NCBI GenBank assembly: GCA_035352955.1
Contig: DAOPYQ010000001.1
Span: 37,536 to 101,535 of the forward strand
Length of the DNA: 64,000 nt
Reading direction: 5' to 3'
Origin: Candidatus Omnitrophota bacterium
Lineage (GTDB): Bacteria > Omnitrophota > Omnitrophia > Omnitrophales > Aquincolibacteriaceae
The notes beneath the pieces are model-generated. The model ran no database searches. It had not been told where the DNA came from and saw only the letters and a list, made by a program, of their open reading frames with translations. Both the position numbers and the translations under genes were made by a program. Below are positions 47,433 to 61,503 of this stretch, in pieces (the first letter of the stretch is position 1; each line of letters begins with the position of its first letter).

Positions 47433-50400
47433 ATGATGCCTTTGATCAAGAGAAAAAGCTTCACGAAAATCCAGGATACGATGGATCTGCCGAATTTGGT
47501 GGAGATCCAGATTAAGTCGTACGAGGAATTTCTGCAGAGCGGCCGTTCCAATCGCCGGCGTAAAAGCCAGGGATTGGAAGCTGCGTTCGCGGATTGTTTC
47601 CCGGTCGAGAGTTTCGACGGGACCTGTCGACTTGAATATGAAGGCTATAGCCTCGGCAAGCCGAAGTATTCGATCCCGGAATGTCAGAAGCGTGGGATGA
47701 CCTATGCCGCCCCGCTGAAGGTGAAGCTACGTCTTGTCCGCAAAGGTATTGCCAAGGAGCAGGAAGTGTACATCGGTGAGCTTCCTCTTATGACCGAGAC
47801 CGGTACGTTCATCATCAACGGTGCCGAGCGCGTTATTGTGAGCCAACTTCACCGTTCGCCGGGCATGTCCCTTGAGGATTCCGTGCACCCGAGCGGGAAA
47901 AAGATGTACAGCGTTCGTATTATTCCTTATCGCGGAGCTTGGCTCGAATTCGAGTCGGACGCTAACGATGTACTCTATGCCTACATCGATCGCCGCCGAA
48001 AGATCCTTGCGACCGCGCTTCTAAGAGCTCTTGGCTATTCCAGCACTTATGATATTTTCAAAGAACTGTATCCCGTCGAAAAGATCCGCGGTTTTGACAA
48101 ATCCCAGGCTAAGGATGTTGAAGATGAGTATCTCGCCGAGGATATCGTTCACCCGCAAAGCAAGGAACTGATTGCCGCTGCGGCGACGAAGCTCACCAAA
48201 GATGTATTGGCGCTTTTCGTGACGAACCATATCACGTCGTTTTCGATCGTTAAGTTGCCCAAAGAAGATCGTTCCCTGATTAATACGCTGGAGCGCGACC
48301 CTTATCGGAATTCCCAGGATGCGCAGCTCGCGATCTACCGCCGTGTCCGTCCCGGTGATCCGCCGACGGAAGCGAGCGCTAAAGACCTGATCCAGAAGCT
48401 TTTCTTTGATCCCCAGCGCTATGACCTCGGGATCGTCGGGCGTTTTATGCTCAACAAGAAGCTTGGTCTCGGGACCGAAGCGGTCAGCCCGAAGAATACG
48501 GCGCTCAAGCGCGAAGACGTGATGCGCGTGATCGGAAAACTTTTAAAACTGCGTTCCGGTGAAGTGAGCGTGGACGATATTGACCATCTTGGCAATCGCC
48601 GGGTCCGTTCTGTCGGAGAATTGCTTCAGAACCAGTTCCGCGTTGGTCTTGCCCGCATGAAGCGTTCCTGCGTGGAACGTATGTCGATTTATGATCTCGA
48701 CGCCGCGATGCCCCATAACCTGATCAATCCCAAGCTTATTTCTGCGGCCATCAAGGATTTCTTCGGCCGTAGCCAGTTGTCGCAGTTCATGGACCAGACG
48801 AACCCGCTTGCGGAATTGACGCACAAGCGCCGTCTTTCAGCCCTCGGGCCAGGCGGTCTTTCAAGGGAGCGCGCGGGTTTTGAAGTCCGCGACGTACATC
48901 CCTCCCATTACGGGCGTGTTTGTCCGATCGAGACGCCAGAAGGTCCCAACATCGGCCTTATCGCGTCCCTTAGTACGTTCGCTCGGGTCAATGACCTCGG
49001 ATTTCTCGAGAGTCCCTATCGCAAGGTCGTTAAAGGTCGCGTTACGGAACAGATCGATTATTTGACCGCTGATGAAGAAGATAAGTACGTGATCGCGCAG
49101 GCTAATGCCGTCCTCGATAAGCAGGGGTATTTTCAGTCGGATGCGGTTTCCTGTCGTTCCCGCGGAGACTTTCCGAAAAAGAAACCCGAAGAAATTGACT
49201 ACATGGACGTTTCCCCGCGCCAACTCGTGTCTGTAGCTGCGGCGTTGATCCCGTTCCTCGAACATGACGACGCGAACCGCGCTCTCATGGGTTCGAACAT
49301 GCAGCGCCAGGCCGTTCCGCTTCTTACGACCGAAGCGCCGTTCGTGGGCACTGGGATGGAACGGCATGTCGCGAAAGATTCCGGAGCTGTCCTCCAGTCC
49401 AAGTCCCGCGGCACCGTGAAGGCCGTGTCTTCTGAAGAGATCGTGGTCGATGATTTTGTTTACAAGCTCAGGAAATTCAAGCGTTCCAACGCCGGGACCT
49501 GCATCAATCAGCGTCCGCTTGTTCATGTCGGCGACAAGATCAAGCGCGGCGACATTATCGCGGACGGCGCTGCCACGGAAGGCGGCGAGCTCGCTCTTGG
49601 CCGCAATGTTCTTGTGGCGTTCATGCCGTGGCGCGGCTATAACTTTGAAGACGCGATCATCGTTAGCGAAAAGCTCTGCAAAGAGGATGTTTACACGTCG
49701 CTCCACATCGAAGAGTTCGAGATCGAAGCGCGTGATACCAAGCTCGGCAACGAAGAGATCACGAGCGATATTCCGAACGTCAGCGATGAGATGCGCAAAG
49801 ATTTGGATGCTGAAGGCGTGGTTCGTATCGGCGCGGAAGTGAAGCCCGGCGACATTCTTGTCGGCAAGATCACTCCGAAATCCGAGATCGAGCTTTCTCC
49901 CGAAGAAAAACTTTTGCGCGCGATCTTTGGCGAAAAAGCCGGCGATGTGCGTGATGCCTCCTTGACCGTGCCGCCGGGCGTTGAGGGGATCGTGGTTGAC
50001 GTGAAGGTTTTTGCTCGCAAGGAATCGCAGGCCAAGACCAAGGAAGAGCGTCGCCAGGAGAACAAGGATATTAATGAGATTAAAGAGCGCTTTAATGATC
50101 GCATCGAGCTGCTTAAGAGAGAGCGTCTCCATAAAATCGCAGATATGGTGCTTGGCAAGAAACTTTCCGAAGACCTCCTTGATGATATTCTTGGGGAAGT
50201 GCTGATCAAGAGCGGACACGTTCTTTCCAAGGGAGACCTCAAAAAACTAGATAATTGTGATTGGGATTCGCTCCGTCTGGACGAGGATCCGGATCTTGAA
50301 GAGAACATTAAAAAGATCGCCCGCGTTTGGGGGGATGAGATTGACGAACTCGTTGCGGAAAGAACGCGCGAGATCGATCGCGTCAAGAAGGGGGATGAGC

Positions 50401-51227
50401 TTCCTCCGGGCGTGATCAAGAAGGTTGTCGTTTACGTTTGTTCCAAGCGCAAGATCTCGGTGGGTGACAAAATGGCCGGTCGTCACGGAAACAAAGGCGT
50501 GATCGCGAAGGTCCTTCCCGAAGAGGATATGCCGTTCCTCGCGGATGGCACTCCCGTTGAGATTGTTCTGAATCCGCTCGGCGTGCCGTCCCGTATGAAC
50601 GTGGGACAGATCCTTGAAACGCATCTCGGCTGGGCTGCGAGAACGCTCGGGCTTCATATTGAAACCCCCGTTTTTAGCGGAGCCACCGAAAGCGAGATCA
50701 AAGGGATGATGAAGGAGGCCAAGCTTCCGGACGAAGGTAAGATCAACCTTTTTGACGGCCGTACCGGCGATCAGTTCGATGAAAAGATTACCGTCGGTTA
50801 TATTTATATGCTCAAGCTCGCGCATCTTGCGGATGACAAGATCCACGCCCGCTCGATCGGTCCCTACTCGCTTGTGACGCAGCAACCGCTTGGCGGCAAG
50901 GCGCAGTTCGGCGGACAGCGTTTCGGGGAAATGGAAGTGTGGGCGCTCGAAGCTTATGGCGCGGCGTTCACGCTTCAGGAACTTTTAACCGTGAAGTCCG
51001 ACGATGTGGTCGGCCGTACGCGGGTTTACGAAGCGATCGTCAAGGGTGAGCCTGCGCTGCATGCCGGGACGCCGGAATCCTTTAACGTTCTCGTGAAAGA
51101 ACTTCAGGCGTTGGGGCTCGATATTGAGCCTGAAAGACAAAGCGCCAATAAGCTGCTCATGCCCGACATGAAAGCCAAGGCCAAAGATGCCGCTGAAGAA
51201 GAGGCCAAGGAGAGGCTCAAAGTATGA
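47433..51227 (+). CDS. rpoB: DNA-directed RNA polymerase beta subunit.
   Basis: 1264 aa. Conserved rpoB blocks throughout. Confidence 0.97.
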   Translation: MMPLIKRKSFTKIQDTMDLPNLVEIQIKSYEEFLQSGRSNRRRKSQGLEAAFADCFPVESFDGTCRLEYEGYSLGKPKYSIPECQKRGMTYAAPLKVKLRLVRKGIAKEQEVYIGELPLMTETGTFIINGAERVIVSQLHRSPGMSLEDSVHPSGKKMYSVRIIPYRGAWLEFESDANDVLYAYIDRRRKILATALLRALGYSSTYDIFKELYPVEKIRGFDKSQAKDVEDEYLAEDIVHPQSKELIAAAATKLTKDVLALFVTNHITSFSIVKLPKEDRSLINTLERDPYRNSQDAQLAIYRRVRPGDPPTEASAKDLIQKLFFDPQRYDLGIVGRFMLNKKLGLGTEAVSPKNTALKREDVMRVIGKLLKLRSGEVSVDDIDHLGNRRVRSVGELLQNQFRVGLARMKRSCVERMSIYDLDAAMPHNLINPKLISAAIKDFFGRSQLSQFMDQTNPLAELTHKRRLSALGPGGLSRERAGFEVRDVHPSHYGRVCPIETPEGPNIGLIASLSTFARVNDLGFLESPYRKVVKGRVTEQIDYLTADEEDKYVIAQANAVLDKQGYFQSDAVSCRSRGDFPKKKPEEIDYMDVSPRQLVSVAAALIPFLEHDDANRALMGSNMQRQAVPLLTTEAPFVGTGMERHVAKDSGAVLQSKSRGTVKAVSSEEIVVDDFVYKLRKFKRSNAGTCINQRPLVHVGDKIKRGDIIADGAATEGGELALGRNVLVAFMPWRGYNFEDAIIVSEKLCKEDVYTSLHIEEFEIEARDTKLGNEEITSDIPNVSDEMRKDLDAEGVVRIGAEVKPGDILVGKITPKSEIELSPEEKLLRAIFGEKAGDVRDASLTVPPGVEGIVVDVKVFARKESQAKTKEERRQENKDINEIKERFNDRIELLKRERLHKIADMVLGKKLSEDLLDDILGEVLIKSGHVLSKGDLKKLDNCDWDSLRLDEDPDLEENIKKIARVWGDEIDELVAERTREIDRVKKGDELPPGVIKKVVVYVCSKRKISVGDKMAGRHGNKGVIAKVLPEEDMPFLADGTPVEIVLNPLGVPSRMNVGQILETHLGWAARTLGLHIETPVFSGATESEIKGMMKEAKLPDEGKINLFDGRTGDQFDEKITVGYIYMLKLAHLADDKIHARSIGPYSLVTQQPLGGKAQFGGQRFGEMEVWALEAYGAAFTLQELLTVKSDDVVGRTRVYEAIVKGEPALHAGTPESFNVLVKELQALGLDIEPERQSANKLLMPDMKAKAKDAAEEEAKERLKV

Positions 51228-54200
51228 ACTACGACGTAAATACGTTTGATTCCGTTTCGATCCGGATCGCGTCCCCCGAGAAGATCCATCAGTGGTCCCG
51301 CGGGGAAGTCAAGAAACCCGAGACGATCAATTACCGCACGTTAAAGCCCGAAAAAGACGGTCTTTTCTGTGAGCGTATTTTCGGTCCTACGAAGGATTAT
51401 GAATGCGCTTGCGGCAAGTATAAGCGGATCAAGCATAAGGGGATCGTTTGCGATCGTTGCGGCGTCGAAGTGACGCAGGCCCGCGTTCGTCGCGAGAGGA
51501 TGGGGCATATTGAGCTCGTGACCCCGGTCTCCCACATCTGGTTTTTTAAGACGATGCCTTCCCGGATCGGTAACCTTCTGGACATGAGCGTCCGCGCTCT
51601 TGAGAAGGTCCTTTACTATGAAGAATACATCGTGATCGATCCGAAGCAGACGCCGTTGAAGCAGAAGCAGCTTTTGACGGAAGATGAATATCACAAGGCC
51701 CAGGAACAGTACGGGCCCGAGAATTTCGTGGCTCAGATGGGCGCAGAAGCCGTTCGTGCGCTTCTCGCGGAACTTGATCTTGAGAAGTTGACTCAGAAGT
51801 ATCACCGGCAGGTCAAGGTTTCCAAATCCAAACAGTCCCGTGCGCGCGCCGTCAAGATCCTGAAAATCGTCGAGGCGTTCCGCAAGTCAGGGAACGAGCC
51901 TCAGTGGATGATCTTGAAGGTTATCCCGGTGATCCCGCCCGATCTTCGTCCTCTCGTGGCTTTGGACGGAGGCCGTTTCGCGACGAGCGATCTGAACGAT
52001 CTCTACCGCCGCGTGATCAACCGGAACAATCGTTTGCGTAAGCTTCTGGAACTGAAGGCGCCGGATGTTATTATCCGTAACGAAAAGCGCATGCTTCAAG
52101 AAGCCGTGGATGCTTTATTTGACAACGGTCGTCATGGCCGTCCCGTTCTTGGCGCCGGTAATCGCCCGCTGAAGTCTTTGAGCGACATGCTTAAAGGTAA
52201 GCAAGGGCGCTTCCGTCAAAACCTTCTCGGAAAACGCGTGGACTACTCCGGCCGGTCGGTCATCGTCATCGGTCCTGAGCTCAAGCTCCATCAGTGCGGT
52301 CTTCCGAAGAAGATGGCGCTCGAACTTTTTGAGCCTTTCATCATCCGCAAGTTGAAAGAACGCGGGCATGTTCACACGATCCGCTCCGCCAAGAAAATGG
52401 TCGAGCGTGTGAAGCCTGAGGTTTGGGATATCCTCGAAGAAGTGATCTATGAACACCCCGTCATGCTTAACCGCGCGCCGACGCTCCACCGTCTCGGCAT
52501 CCAGGCTTTTGAGCCGATGCTGATTGAAGGGAACGCGATTCGCATTCATCCGCTCGTTTGTACGGCGTTCAACGCGGACTTCGACGGCGACCAGATGGCC
52601 GTTCACGTGCCTCTTTCCATGGAAGCGCTCATGGAGGCCCGTGTGCTCATGCTTTCCGCCAATAATATTTTTTCTCCCGCGAGTGGTCAGCCGATCACAA
52701 CGCCGACCCAGGATATCGTGCTCGGGATCTACTATCTCACGAAGATCCGCGATGGGGCTCAGGGCGAAGGGCTTGTTTTCGGAAGCACCGAGGAAGCGCT
52801 TTTTGCTTATCAGGACAAGCAGATCCACAAGCACGCGAAGTGCAAGCTCCGTCTCGCGAGCGGTGAAATGGTCGAGACGACTTTGGGACGTATTACTTTC
52901 AATGAAGTCCTGCCCAAGGGTTTCCGTTATGTGAATGACATCATTAACAAGGGAAAACTCTCCAAGATCATTGCGGAATGTTACAACACGTTCGGCCACG
53001 AAGAGGTCGTGAAGCTTCTCGACAGATTGAAATCACTTGGGTTTGAAGAAGCGACGAAGGCCGGTATTTCGATTGGCATCGATGATATTCAGATCCCGGA
53101 TGCCAAGGAAGACATTCTCACCGAAGCTCGCAAAGAGGTTCGTACGATCGAAAGCCAGTATAAGCAGGGCGTGATCACGGACGGCGAGCGTTATAACAAA
53201 GTCATCGATATTTGGACGCACACGACGGACCGCGTTTCAGATGTGATGTTCGAGGCGCTCAATCCTTTCAATGCGATTTTTATGATGGCGGATTCCGGTG
53301 CTCGTGGTTCCAAACAGCAGATCCGCCAGTTGGCCGGTATGCGTGGTTTGATGGCGAAGCCGTCGGGCGAGATCATCGAAAGTCCGATCACCGCGAATTT
53401 CCGCGAAGGTTTGACGGTGTTAGAGTATTTCATCTCGACACACGGTGCCCGTAAGGGGTTAGCCGATACCGCTCTTAAGACCGCGGATTCCGGATATTTG
53501 ACCCGCCGTCTTGTCGACGTTGCCCAGGATGTGATCATCAACCAGGACGATTGCGGTACGCTGAACGGCATCGTGATGGAGCCGGTTTATGAAGGGGAAG
53601 AGATCATTGTTTCTTTATCCGACAGAATCCTTGGCCGCGTGGCTCTCGATAACGTTGTCGACGTCATTACCGACCAGGTGATCGTGAAGTCCGGTGAGAT
53701 TATTGATGAAGCGACCGTGAAGAAGATCGAAGATGCCGGGATTGAGAAGATCCGCGTGCGGTCGGTCCTTTGCTGCGAAGCCCCCAAGGGGATTTGCGCC
53801 CGTTGCTACGGACGCGACCTTTCGACGCGCCGTCTTGCGGAACTTGGTACGGCGGTCGGGATTATCGCGGCGCAATCTATCGGCGAGCCGGGCACACAGT
53901 TGACGATGCGTACTTTCCATATCGGGGGTACGGCGTCGCGCGTGGTCGAACAGTCTTATTATCGCGCCCGTAACGAAGGGGTCCTTCAATATCATAATTT
54001 GAAGACCGTCATTACCAAGACGAACGAAATTGTCATCCTGAACCGCAACGGGCAACTTTCGATCCACGATCCTTCGGGTCGCGAGCTTGAGCGTTACACC
54101 ATCCCGTCGGGAGGTATTATTCATTACAAAGACGGCGAGAAGGTCAAAAAAGGAGAGATCTTCGTGAAATGGGACCCGTATACGGTTCCCATCTTGACCG

Positions 54201-55276
54201 AAGTTTCCGGGAAGGTTCGGTTTGAGGATATCAAGGCCGGTTTGACCATGAATGAAGAGCTGGATGCCACGACTGGTATGACCGAGCGTGTGATCATCGA
54301 TCACAAAGAAGACATGCATCCGCAGCTTCTGATCGTTGGCGACAAGGATGAGATTCTCGCATTCTATCCGATTCCGACCGGCGCTCACGTAGTGGTTAAG
54401 GACGGACAGCAGGTCACGGGCGGTACGTTGCTTGCGAAGACGCCGCGTAAAATCGCAAAAACCCGCGATATCACCGGCGGTCTACCTCGCGTTGCGGAAC
54501 TTTTTGAAGCCCGTAAACCGAAGAACCCCGCCGTGATCTCGGAGATCGACGGTGTGGTCGAAATCGGCGATATCGTCAAGGGGCAGCGCCAGATCATTGT
54601 TAAAAGCCCGTCGGGAATGACCAGGGAATATCTGATCCCGCACGGCAAGCACTTGAGTGTTTACAAGGGAGATAAGGTCATTGCCGGGCAGCAGCTTATT
54701 GACGGTCCGGTGGTTCCGCAGGATATTCTTCGCGTGTCAGGAGAAAGAAGCTTGCAGAATTACCTCGTTGATGAAGTCCAGGAAGTTTACCGTCTCCAGG
54801 GTGTAAAGCTGAACGATAAACACGTGGAAGTCATCGTCCGTCAGATGCTTCGTAAGGTTCGTATCGAAGAGCCGGGCGACACGGAATTTCTCGTGGGATC
54901 CCACGTGGAGAAGCTCCGTTTTGCGGATGAGAATGCGAAGATGGTGAAGAAGGGTAAAGAGCCTGCCAAGGGGACTTCGATTCTCCTTGGGATCACCAAG
55001 GCGTCTCTTACCACGGACAGTTTTATTTCTGCCGCGAGCTTTCAGGAAACAACACGGGTGCTGACCGAAGCCGCGTCTGCCGGAAAACGGGATTATCTGC
55101 AGGGCCTCAAAGAAAACGTGATCATGGGGCATTTGATCCCGGCGGGAACCGGTTTCAAGATCCATCAAGATATCGAGATCGAAAAAGATTTGACCGATGT
55201 GTTGCCGGATCCCGAAGCGGCGTCCAAGAAAGAAAACGAAGCTGAAGAAACAAGCGCATCCAAGGAGAACGTATAA
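51224..55276 (+). CDS. rpoC: DNA-directed RNA polymerase beta' subunit.
   Basis: 1350 aa. …[12 protein letters not shown]… catalytic motif. Confidence 0.97.
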   Translation: MNYDVNTFDSVSIRIASPEKIHQWSRGEVKKPETINYRTLKPEKDGLFCERIFGPTKDYECACGKYKRIKHKGIVCDRCGVEVTQARVRRERMGHIELVTPVSHIWFFKTMPSRIGNLLDMSVRALEKVLYYEEYIVIDPKQTPLKQKQLLTEDEYHKAQEQYGPENFVAQMGAEAVRALLAELDLEKLTQKYHRQVKVSKSKQSRARAVKILKIVEAFRKSGNEPQWMILKVIPVIPPDLRPLVALDGGRFATSDLNDLYRRVINRNNRLRKLLELKAPDVIIRNEKRMLQEAVDALFDNGRHGRPVLGAGNRPLKSLSDMLKGKQGRFRQNLLGKRVDYSGRSVIVIGPELKLHQCGLPKKMALELFEPFIIRKLKERGHVHTIRSAKKMVERVKPEVWDILEEVIYEHPVMLNRAPTLHRLGIQAFEPMLIEGNAIRIHPLVCTAFNADFDGDQMAVHVPLSMEALMEARVLMLSANNIFSPASGQPITTPTQDIVLGIYYLTKIRDGAQGEGLVFGSTEEALFAYQDKQIHKHAKCKLRLASGEMVETTLGRITFNEVLPKGFRYVNDIINKGKLSKIIAECYNTFGHEEVVKLLDRLKSLGFEEATKAGISIGIDDIQIPDAKEDILTEARKEVRTIESQYKQGVITDGERYNKVIDIWTHTTDRVSDVMFEALNPFNAIFMMADSGARGSKQQIRQLAGMRGLMAKPSGEIIESPITANFREGLTVLEYFISTHGARKGLADTALKTADSGYLTRRLVDVAQDVIINQDDCGTLNGIVMEPVYEGEEIIVSLSDRILGRVALDNVVDVITDQVIVKSGEIIDEATVKKIEDAGIEKIRVRSVLCCEAPKGICARCYGRDLSTRRLAELGTAVGIIAAQSIGEPGTQLTMRTFHIGGTASRVVEQSYYRARNEGVLQYHNLKTVITKTNEIVILNRNGQLSIHDPSGRELERYTIPSGGIIHYKDGEKVKKGEIFVKWDPYTVPILTEVSGKVRFEDIKAGLTMNEELDATTGMTERVIIDHKEDMHPQLLIVGDKDEILAFYPIPTGAHVVVKDGQQVTGGTLLAKTPRKIAKTRDITGGLPRVAELFEARKPKNPAVISEIDGVVEIGDIVKGQRQIIVKSPSGMTREYLIPHGKHLSVYKGDKVIAGQQLIDGPVVPQDILRVSGERSLQNYLVDEVQEVYRLQGVKLNDKHVEVIVRQMLRKVRIEEPGDTEFLVGSHVEKLRFADENAKMVKKGKEPAKGTSILLGITKASLTTDSFISAASFQETTRVLTEAASAGKRDYLQGLKENVIMGHLIPAGTGFKIHQDIEIEKDLTDVLPDPEAASKKENEAEETSASKENV

Positions 55277-55665
55277 TGGCGCCGACCATCAATCAATTGA
55301 TTCGTTTTGGGAGAAAAAAATTCAAAGGGAAATCCAAATCGCCGGCCCTCCAAAATTCACCGTTTCGCAAGGGCGTGTGCCTTATTGTGAGGACTCAGAC
55401 CCCGAAAAAGCCGAACTCGGCCCTTCGTAAGATCGCTCGTGTGCGTCTGACGAACGGGGAAGAGGTGACGGCTTATATTCCGGGGGTCGGCCATAATTTG
55501 CAAGAACACTCGATCGTGCTCGTGCGCGGTGGCCGCGTGAAGGACCTTCCGGGCGTTCGTTATCATATTGTTCGCGGCAAACTCGATGCTTCGGGTGTGG
55601 CGGACCGCAATAAATCGCGTTCGAAGTACGGCGCGAAAACACCGAAAAAAAAGGAAGCTAAGTAA
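55276..55665 (+). CDS. rpsL: 30S ribosomal protein S12.
   Basis: [15 protein letters not shown]…. Confidence 0.95.
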   Translation: MAPTINQLIRFGRKKFKGKSKSPALQNSPFRKGVCLIVRTQTPKKPNSALRKIARVRLTNGEEVTAYIPGVGHNLQEHSIVLVRGGRVKDLPGVRYHIVRGKLDASGVADRNKSRSKYGAKTPKKKEAK

Positions 55666-55667
55666 TC

Positions 55668-56135
55668 ATGAGAAGAAGACGCGCTGCAAAAAGAATGATC
55701 GATCCGGACCCGCGGTACGGGGATCTTTTGATCGCGAAGCTCATTAATGTGGTGATGGAGTCCGGCAAGAAGTCGATTGCGGAGCGGATCGTGTACGATG
55801 CGCTGGATATCATCAAAGAAAAAACAGGAAAAGAACCTCTTGAAGTTTTCCGCGCCTCGTTAGATAATGTGCGCCCTCTCCTGGAGACCAAATCCCGGCG
55901 CGTAGGTGGGGCGACGTATCAGGTGCCGGTTAGTGTTTCTGAAGATCGTGGTTACTCCTTGGCCCTGCGATGGATCCGGAGTTATTCCCGTGAACGTAAA
56001 GGGAAGCCTATGTTCGAGAAGTTGGCGCAGGAGATCATCGACGGGTATAACAAGACGGGTTCTTCGATCAAGAAGCGCGAAGATATTCACAAAATGGCGG
56101 AGTCGAACAGGGCTTTCGCGCATTATCGCTGGTAA
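55668..56135 (+). CDS. rpsG: 30S ribosomal protein S7.
   Basis: Sequence and position. Confidence 0.95.
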   Translation: MRRRRAAKRMIDPDPRYGDLLIAKLINVVMESGKKSIAERIVYDALDIIKEKTGKEPLEVFRASLDNVRPLLETKSRRVGGATYQVPVSVSEDRGYSLALRWIRSYSRERKGKPMFEKLAQEIIDGYNKTGSSIKKREDIHKMAESNRAFAHYRW

Positions 56136-56213
56136 GAAAAACGCGCAACGCACGGTGTGCGATGCGTCATAAAAACATTTTTAAATAGAGTATTGCGCGT
56201 TGAGCGCATAAAA

Positions 56214-58298
56214 ATTATGGCAGACGAAAAGAAAATCCATTTTCCGATCAACAAAATTCGCAATATCGGCATTGCAGCCCATATTGATGCAGGGAAGACC
56301 ACGACCTCCGAACGCATTCTCTACTACACCGGGCGCACTTATAAGATCGGTGAGGTCCATGAGGGAACCGCTGTTATGGACTGGATGGAGCAGGAACAAG
56401 AGCGCGGCATTACGATTACGTCAGCCGCTACGACCTGTTTTTGGAGGGATTGCCGCATCAATTTGATCGACACCCCGGGACACGTCGACTTTACGATTGA
56501 AGTGGAACGTTCCCTTCGCGTTTTGGACGGTTGCGTGGCGGTGTTTGGGGCGGTGGAGGGGGTTGAGCCTCAGTCCGAGACCGTTTGGCGTCAAGCGGAC
56601 CGGTATCATGTTCCCCGTATTGCCTTCATCAATAAGATGGACCGCACCGGGGCGGAATTCGAAAAGAACGTTCAGCAAATGCGTGATCAGCTGGGGGCCA
56701 ACGCGGTTCCTATTCAGATCCCGCTGGGTCTTGAAGAAAAACATCGCGGGATCATCGATCTTGTGGAGATGAAAGCCTACATTTTTAATGACGAGAGTCT
56801 CGGTGCAAAGTTCGAAGTTGAAGCAATTCCCGCGGAATATGCAGAGCAGGCCAAGAAAGCCCGCGAGTTCATGGTCGAGAAGGTTTCGGAATACGATGAA
56901 GCACTGATGCATAAGTTTATTGAAGGGCAGGAGCCGACTGTTGCCGAGATCAAATCCGCGATTCGTAAAGGGACGATCTCTTTGAAGATGGCTCCGGTGA
57001 TCGTGGGATCCGCGCTTAAGAATAAAGGGGTCCAGCAGCTTTTGGACGCCGTTGTCGATTATCTCCCTTCGCCTGTGGACATTCCCCCCGTTAAAGGGAC
57101 GGAGCCCGGGACTGAAACCGAAATCCATCGTGAGGCGGACGAAAAGGCTCCTCTGGCGTGCTATGCATTCAAGATCGCCAGCGATAAATTCGTCGGTGCT
57201 TTGACCTATATCCGGATTTATTCCGGAACGCTTTCTTCCAGTTCTTATATTTACAATGTTCGCACCGGAAAGACTGAGCGCATCGGCCGTCTTCTTCTGA
57301 TGCACGCCAACAAGCGTGAAGAAATCGACGAGGCGGGCGCCGGGAACATCGTAGCGGCGGTGGGTTTGAAGGAAGTCAAGACCGGGGATTCGCTTTGCGT
57401 CGAGAACAATCCGATTTTGCTCGAGACGATGTTCGTGCCGGAGCCGGTCATTTGGATGGCGGTCGAGCCGAAAACAAAGGGAGATCGTGACCGTTTATCG
57501 GATGCGATCGGCAAGCTTGTTAATGAAGATCCTACCTTCCGTGTAAAAACGGATCAGGAAACCGTACAGACCCTGATCGGCGGTATGGGCGAGCTTCATT
57601 TGGATATCAAAGTTGATATCATGAAGCGCGAATACAATGTCCAGGTCAACGTGGGTAAACCGCAGGTTGCTTATAAGGAAACGATCCAAGCGTCGGCCGA
57701 GGCCGAAGGAAAGTTCATCAAACAAACGGGTGGTCGCGGGCAATACGGTCACTGTTTTCTCAAGATCGAACCTTTGGCGCGTGGCACCGGAAATGAATTT
57801 GTAGATGCTGTGAAGGGCGGAACAATCCCTCGCGAATATATTCCCGCCGTTGAAGCCGGGGTCGAAGACGCGTGTGCGAACGGGGTTTTGGCCGGTTATC
57901 CTGTTACGGACGTGAAGGCAACGGTATACGATGGTAGTTATCACGATGTTGACTCTTCGGAAATTGCGTTTAAAATGGCCGGAATTTTCGCCTTCAAGGA
58001 AGCTTTTAAGAGAGCCAAGCCGGTGCTTCTCGAGCCGATCATGTTCGTCGAAGTGCTTGTACCCGAAGAATACATGGGGGATGTTATCGGCGACCTGAAC
58101 TCTCGCCGTTGTGTGATCCAAGAGCTTACGAATCGCGGTCACCTTAAGGTGATTAACGGGCTCGTGCCTCTTTCCGAGATGTTTGGTTATGCGACTTCGG
58201 TCCGTTCCTTGTCGCAGGGACGCGCGACTTACACGATGGAGCCGCACACTTATCAAGAAGTTCCCAAAATGGTTGCAGAAAAGATCATCGCAGGATAA
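56214..58298 (+). CDS. fusA: Elongation factor G.
   Basis: [29 protein letters not shown]…. The internal Met is preferred over the ORF-track start at 56157. Confidence 0.95.
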   Translation: MMADEKKIHFPINKIRNIGIAAHIDAGKTTTSERILYYTGRTYKIGEVHEGTAVMDWMEQEQERGITITSAATTCFWRDCRINLIDTPGHVDFTIEVERSLRVLDGCVAVFGAVEGVEPQSETVWRQADRYHVPRIAFINKMDRTGAEFEKNVQQMRDQLGANAVPIQIPLGLEEKHRGIIDLVEMKAYIFNDESLGAKFEVEAIPAEYAEQAKKAREFMVEKVSEYDEALMHKFIEGQEPTVAEIKSAIRKGTISLKMAPVIVGSALKNKGVQQLLDAVVDYLPSPVDIPPVKGTEPGTETEIHREADEKAPLACYAFKIASDKFVGALTYIRIYSGTLSSSSYIYNVRTGKTERIGRLLLMHANKREEIDEAGAGNIVAAVGLKEVKTGDSLCVENNPILLETMFVPEPVIWMAVEPKTKGDRDRLSDAIGKLVNEDPTFRVKTDQETVQTLIGGMGELHLDIKVDIMKREYNVQVNVGKPQVAYKETIQASAEAEGKFIKQTGGRGQYGHCFLKIEPLARGTGNEFVDAVKGGTIPREYIPAVEAGVEDACANGVLAGYPVTDVKATVYDGSYHDVDSSEIAFKMAGIFAFKEAFKRAKPVLLEPIMFVEVLVPEEYMGDVIGDLNSRRCVIQELTNRGHLKVINGLVPLSEMFGYATSVRSLSQGRATYTMEPHTYQEVPKMVAEKIIAG

Positions 58299-58301
58299 AA
58301 A

Positions 58302-58616
58302 ATGGCCCAGGCTAAAGAGAAGATCCGTATCAAGTTAAAAGCGTACGACCACCGGGTTCTGGATCAATCGGTCCAGGAGATTGTTGGAACTGCGAAGAAG
58401 ACCGGCGCCAAAGTGATCGGCCCGATTCCTCTTCCGACCCACATCTGGAAGACCACGGTGCTTCGCGGACCGCACATCGATAAAAAAGCCCGCGACCAAT
58501 ACGAAGTACGAACTCACAAACGGTTGATCGAACTCGAGGAACCCACTTCCCGCACCGTCGACGCGCTGATGAAGCTCGATCTTCCGGCCGGTGTGGATGT
58601 CGAAATCAAACTTTAA
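58302..58616 (+). CDS. rpsJ: 30S ribosomal protein S10.
   Basis: [23 protein letters not shown]…. Confidence 0.95.
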   Translation: MAQAKEKIRIKLKAYDHRVLDQSVQEIVGTAKKTGAKVIGPIPLPTHIWKTTVLRGPHIDKKARDQYEVRTHKRLIELEEPTSRTVDALMKLDLPAGVDVEIKL

Positions 58617-58627
58617 GAGAGACGATT

Positions 58628-59380
58628 ATGGTTGGCTTGTTAGGTAAAAAAGTCGGAATGTCGCAGGTGTTTGACGCGGAAGGGCAGCAGATTCCCGTGA
58701 CGGTGCTCGAGGTCGGCCCGTGTTTTGTGACGGCGGTGAGGACCAAGGAAAAAAACGGGTATCAGGCCGCGCAGCTTGCGTTTGACGCCGTGAAAGAAAA
58801 GAAACTTTGCAAAGCGAAGCTTGGCCACCTGAAGAAGGCGAATGTTGCACCGCTGAATTTTCTCCGGGAAATCCGGACGGACAATATTGCGGGCCTGAAT
58901 GTTGGCGCTGAAGTCGGGGTCGATAATTTTGCGGCTGGGGATTTCGTAGATATCGAAGGGATTTCGATCGGTAAAGGTTTCCAGGGTGTCGTAAAGCGCC
59001 TTGGCTACAAGGGCGGCGCGAGCAAAGGTCATGGTTCGATGTTTGGACGGGTCCCGGGTTCGATTGGCGCACAGGCTGGCGGACGGGGTTGCCGTAAAAA
59101 AGTGCGCAAGGGAAAAGGCCTCCCTGGTCATATGGGAAGCGAAAAGATTTGTGTGCAAAATCTGAAGGTGATGAAAGTGGACGCCGAGAAGAATCTGCTG
59201 GTGTTGCGTGGCAGTGTTCCCGGGTTCGAGACCGGTTACCTGATCGTTCGCACAGCCCTTAAGAAAGGTACGAAGAATCCGTGGAAAGTGAGAGGCGGTA
59301 AGCAGGAATCCTCGAAAGAAGCTTCCTCCGAAACTTCCAAGACTGAAAATCCTCAAGACGGGACCCCGAAGGGGTCTTGA
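58628..59380 (+). CDS. rplC: 50S ribosomal protein L3 (with a low-complexity C-terminal extension).
   Basis: MVGLLGKKVGMSQVFD…. Confidence 0.93.
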   Translation: MVGLLGKKVGMSQVFDAEGQQIPVTVLEVGPCFVTAVRTKEKNGYQAAQLAFDAVKEKKLCKAKLGHLKKANVAPLNFLREIRTDNIAGLNVGAEVGVDNFAAGDFVDIEGISIGKGFQGVVKRLGYKGGASKGHGSMFGRVPGSIGAQAGGRGCRKKVRKGKGLPGHMGSEKICVQNLKVMKVDAEKNLLVLRGSVPGFETGYLIVRTALKKGTKNPWKVRGGKQESSKEASSETSKTENPQDGTPKGS

Positions 59381-59414
59381 TCCGGAAATATCCGGGAAAG
59401 AAAGGTAGAAGAAA

Positions 59415-60071
59415 ATGAAGGCGCTTCTTTACTCAAAAGAGGGTAAGAAGAAAAAGGAAGTGGTGCTGAATCCTGAGATCTACGGGGTCCGGATCAATGC
59501 GCGTCTCATCGAACTCGTGCGTAACGCTTATTCCGCGAATCTCAGAAAAGGGACCGTGGATACCAAGACTCGTGGAGAAGTGCGCGGCGGCGGTAAGAAA
59601 CCCTGGAAACAGAAGGGGACCGGTAACGCGCGTCACAGTTCGATTCGGTCGCCGATCTGGCGCGGGGGCGGTACGGTATTCGGTCCGCACCAAAGAGATT
59701 ATTCGGTCCATTTGTCCCAGACCCTTCGTAATGCCGCATTGAAGGTCATGCTTAGTAAAAAAGCGGGCGATAAGAATTTAATGCTTCTCGAAGACGTGAA
59801 GCTCGGAACGCCTAAGACGAAGGAATTTGCGGCGATCATTAAGACGCTGCCGATCCAGGATAAGAGCGTCCTTTATGTGGTGAAGGATGTTGACGCGAAC
59901 ATGAAACGCGCGAGCCGCAACATGCGCGAATTCGTGGAGATCAGAAAAGCTGGGGATTTCAGCGCTTACGATCTGATGCAGAAAGAAAAGCTTGTGATCG
60001 ATGAGGGCGCGATGGATGTTATCGAAAAGCGTCTGACCGGGATTGTGAAGGAGAAGACGAATGAAGCTTAA
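59415..60071 (+). CDS. rplD: 50S ribosomal protein L4.
   Basis: Sequence and position. Confidence 0.93.
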   Translation: MKALLYSKEGKKKKEVVLNPEIYGVRINARLIELVRNAYSANLRKGTVDTKTRGEVRGGGKKPWKQKGTGNARHSSIRSPIWRGGGTVFGPHQRDYSVHLSQTLRNAALKVMLSKKAGDKNLMLLEDVKLGTPKTKEFAAIIKTLPIQDKSVLYVVKDVDANMKRASRNMREFVEIRKAGDFSAYDLMQKEKLVIDEGAMDVIEKRLTGIVKEKTNEA

Positions 60072-60354
60072 TATTTATGATATTGTCATTGAGCCGTTGA
60101 TTACGGAGAAAATTTCCCGGGCTTCCGAAGAAGCCAGCCAGTACGGTTTTCGCGTGCACCGTCAGGCCAATAAAAAAGAAATCAAGGCTGCGGTGGAGAA
60201 GATCTTTAACGTGCATGTCGAAAACGTGAATACGATGAATGTGATGGGGAAATGGCGCCGCGTGCGGCACGTTCCCGGACAGACGGCGGCCTGGAAGAAG
60301 GCTATCGTGACCCTTAAAAAGGGCGAAAAAATCGACCTGACGAAGCAGGCATAG
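60061..60354 (+). CDS. rplW: 50S ribosomal protein L23.
   Basis: Sequence and position. Confidence 0.93.
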   Translation: MKLNIYDIVIEPLITEKISRASEEASQYGFRVHRQANKKEIKAAVEKIFNVHVENVNTMNVMGKWRRVRHVPGQTAAWKKAIVTLKKGEKIDLTKQA

Positions 60355-60367
60355 GAAAAGGACTTAT

Positions 60368-61195
60368 ATGGCACTAATTAAATTTAAACCCACAACACCG
60401 ACGCGGCGATACGGAAACGTTTCGGACTTCGCAGAGATCACCACGGATCGTCCCTACAAGCCGTTGACCTATATCAAGAAGGGTACGGGCGGTAGGAACA
60501 ATCACGGGCATATTACTTCGCGGCGCATCGGCGGCGGGCACAAACGTCGCGTCCGGATCGTTGATTTCACAAGAAACCGCATCGGTCTTCCCGCGAATGT
60601 ATTGACCGTGGAATATGATCCGAACCGCAGCGCGCGTATTGCGCTCGTTCAATATGGGGACGGAGTCAAAAGTTACATCCTCTGCCCGGACGGTCTTAAG
60701 GTCGGGGAGCAAATCGTGAGTGGTCCTGAAGCGGAAGTGAAGGTGGGGAATCATCTTCCTTTGGAAAAGATCCCGGAAGGGACGATGATCCATAACATCG
60801 AACTTCAGCCGGGGCGCGGCGGTAAGCTGGTCCGTGCTGCCGGTGTGGTGGCGCAGATCCTCGCCAAAGAGAACAATATGGCGCACGTGAAGCTTCCCTC
60901 CGGAGAAGTCCGGTTGATTCCGGCGAAATCATACGCGACGGTCGGGCAATGCTCGAACATTGATAATGAAGGCATCGTGCTTGGCAAGGCCGGCCGAAGC
61001 CGCTGGTTGGGAAAACGTCCGGTTTCACGCGGTGTGGCGAGGAACCCGGTGGATCATCCTCTCGGTGGGGGTGAAGGTAAATCGAAGGGCGGCAATCATC
61101 CGCAGAGTCCGACTGGCGTTAAATCCAAGGGTTTTAAGACGCGCAAACGCTATAAATTATCCAACAAGTACATTGTGAAGGATCGTAGAAAATGA
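60368..61195 (+). CDS. rplB: 50S ribosomal protein L2.
   Basis: [14 protein letters not shown]…. Confidence 0.95.
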   Translation: MALIKFKPTTPTRRYGNVSDFAEITTDRPYKPLTYIKKGTGGRNNHGHITSRRIGGGHKRRVRIVDFTRNRIGLPANVLTVEYDPNRSARIALVQYGDGVKSYILCPDGLKVGEQIVSGPEAEVKVGNHLPLEKIPEGTMIHNIELQPGRGGKLVRAAGVVAQILAKENNMAHVKLPSGEVRLIPAKSYATVGQCSNIDNEGIVLGKAGRSRWLGKRPVSRGVARNPVDHPLGGGEGKSKGGNHPQSPTGVKSKGFKTRKRYKLSNKYIVKDRRK

Positions 61196-61491
61196 GCCGT
61201 TCGTCTAAAAAAGGCGTCTACATCGAAGATCATCTTTTGAAAAAAGTCCAGGTCGCGAATGCGAAGAAGGATCGTCGTCCGATCAAGACTTGGTCGCGTC
61301 GCTCGACGATCACGCCGGAATTCGTTGGCTTGACCTTTTCCGTACACAACGGCAAAGCCTTCCAAAACGTTTTTGTGACCGAAAACATGGTCGGACACAA
61401 GCTCGGAGAATTTTCTCCGACGCGCACATTCAGAAAACACAGCGCTTCTGGCGATAAAGCGAAAGCTCTTGCCGAAGGCGCAAAGACCTAA
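61192..61491 (+). CDS. rpsS: 30S ribosomal protein S19.
   Basis: [19 protein letters not shown]…. Confidence 0.95.
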   Translation: MSRSSKKGVYIEDHLLKKVQVANAKKDRRPIKTWSRRSTITPEFVGLTFSVHNGKAFQNVFVTENMVGHKLGEFSPTRTFRKHSASGDKAKALAEGAKT

Positions 61492-61503
61492 ACGGGCGAT
61501 CTC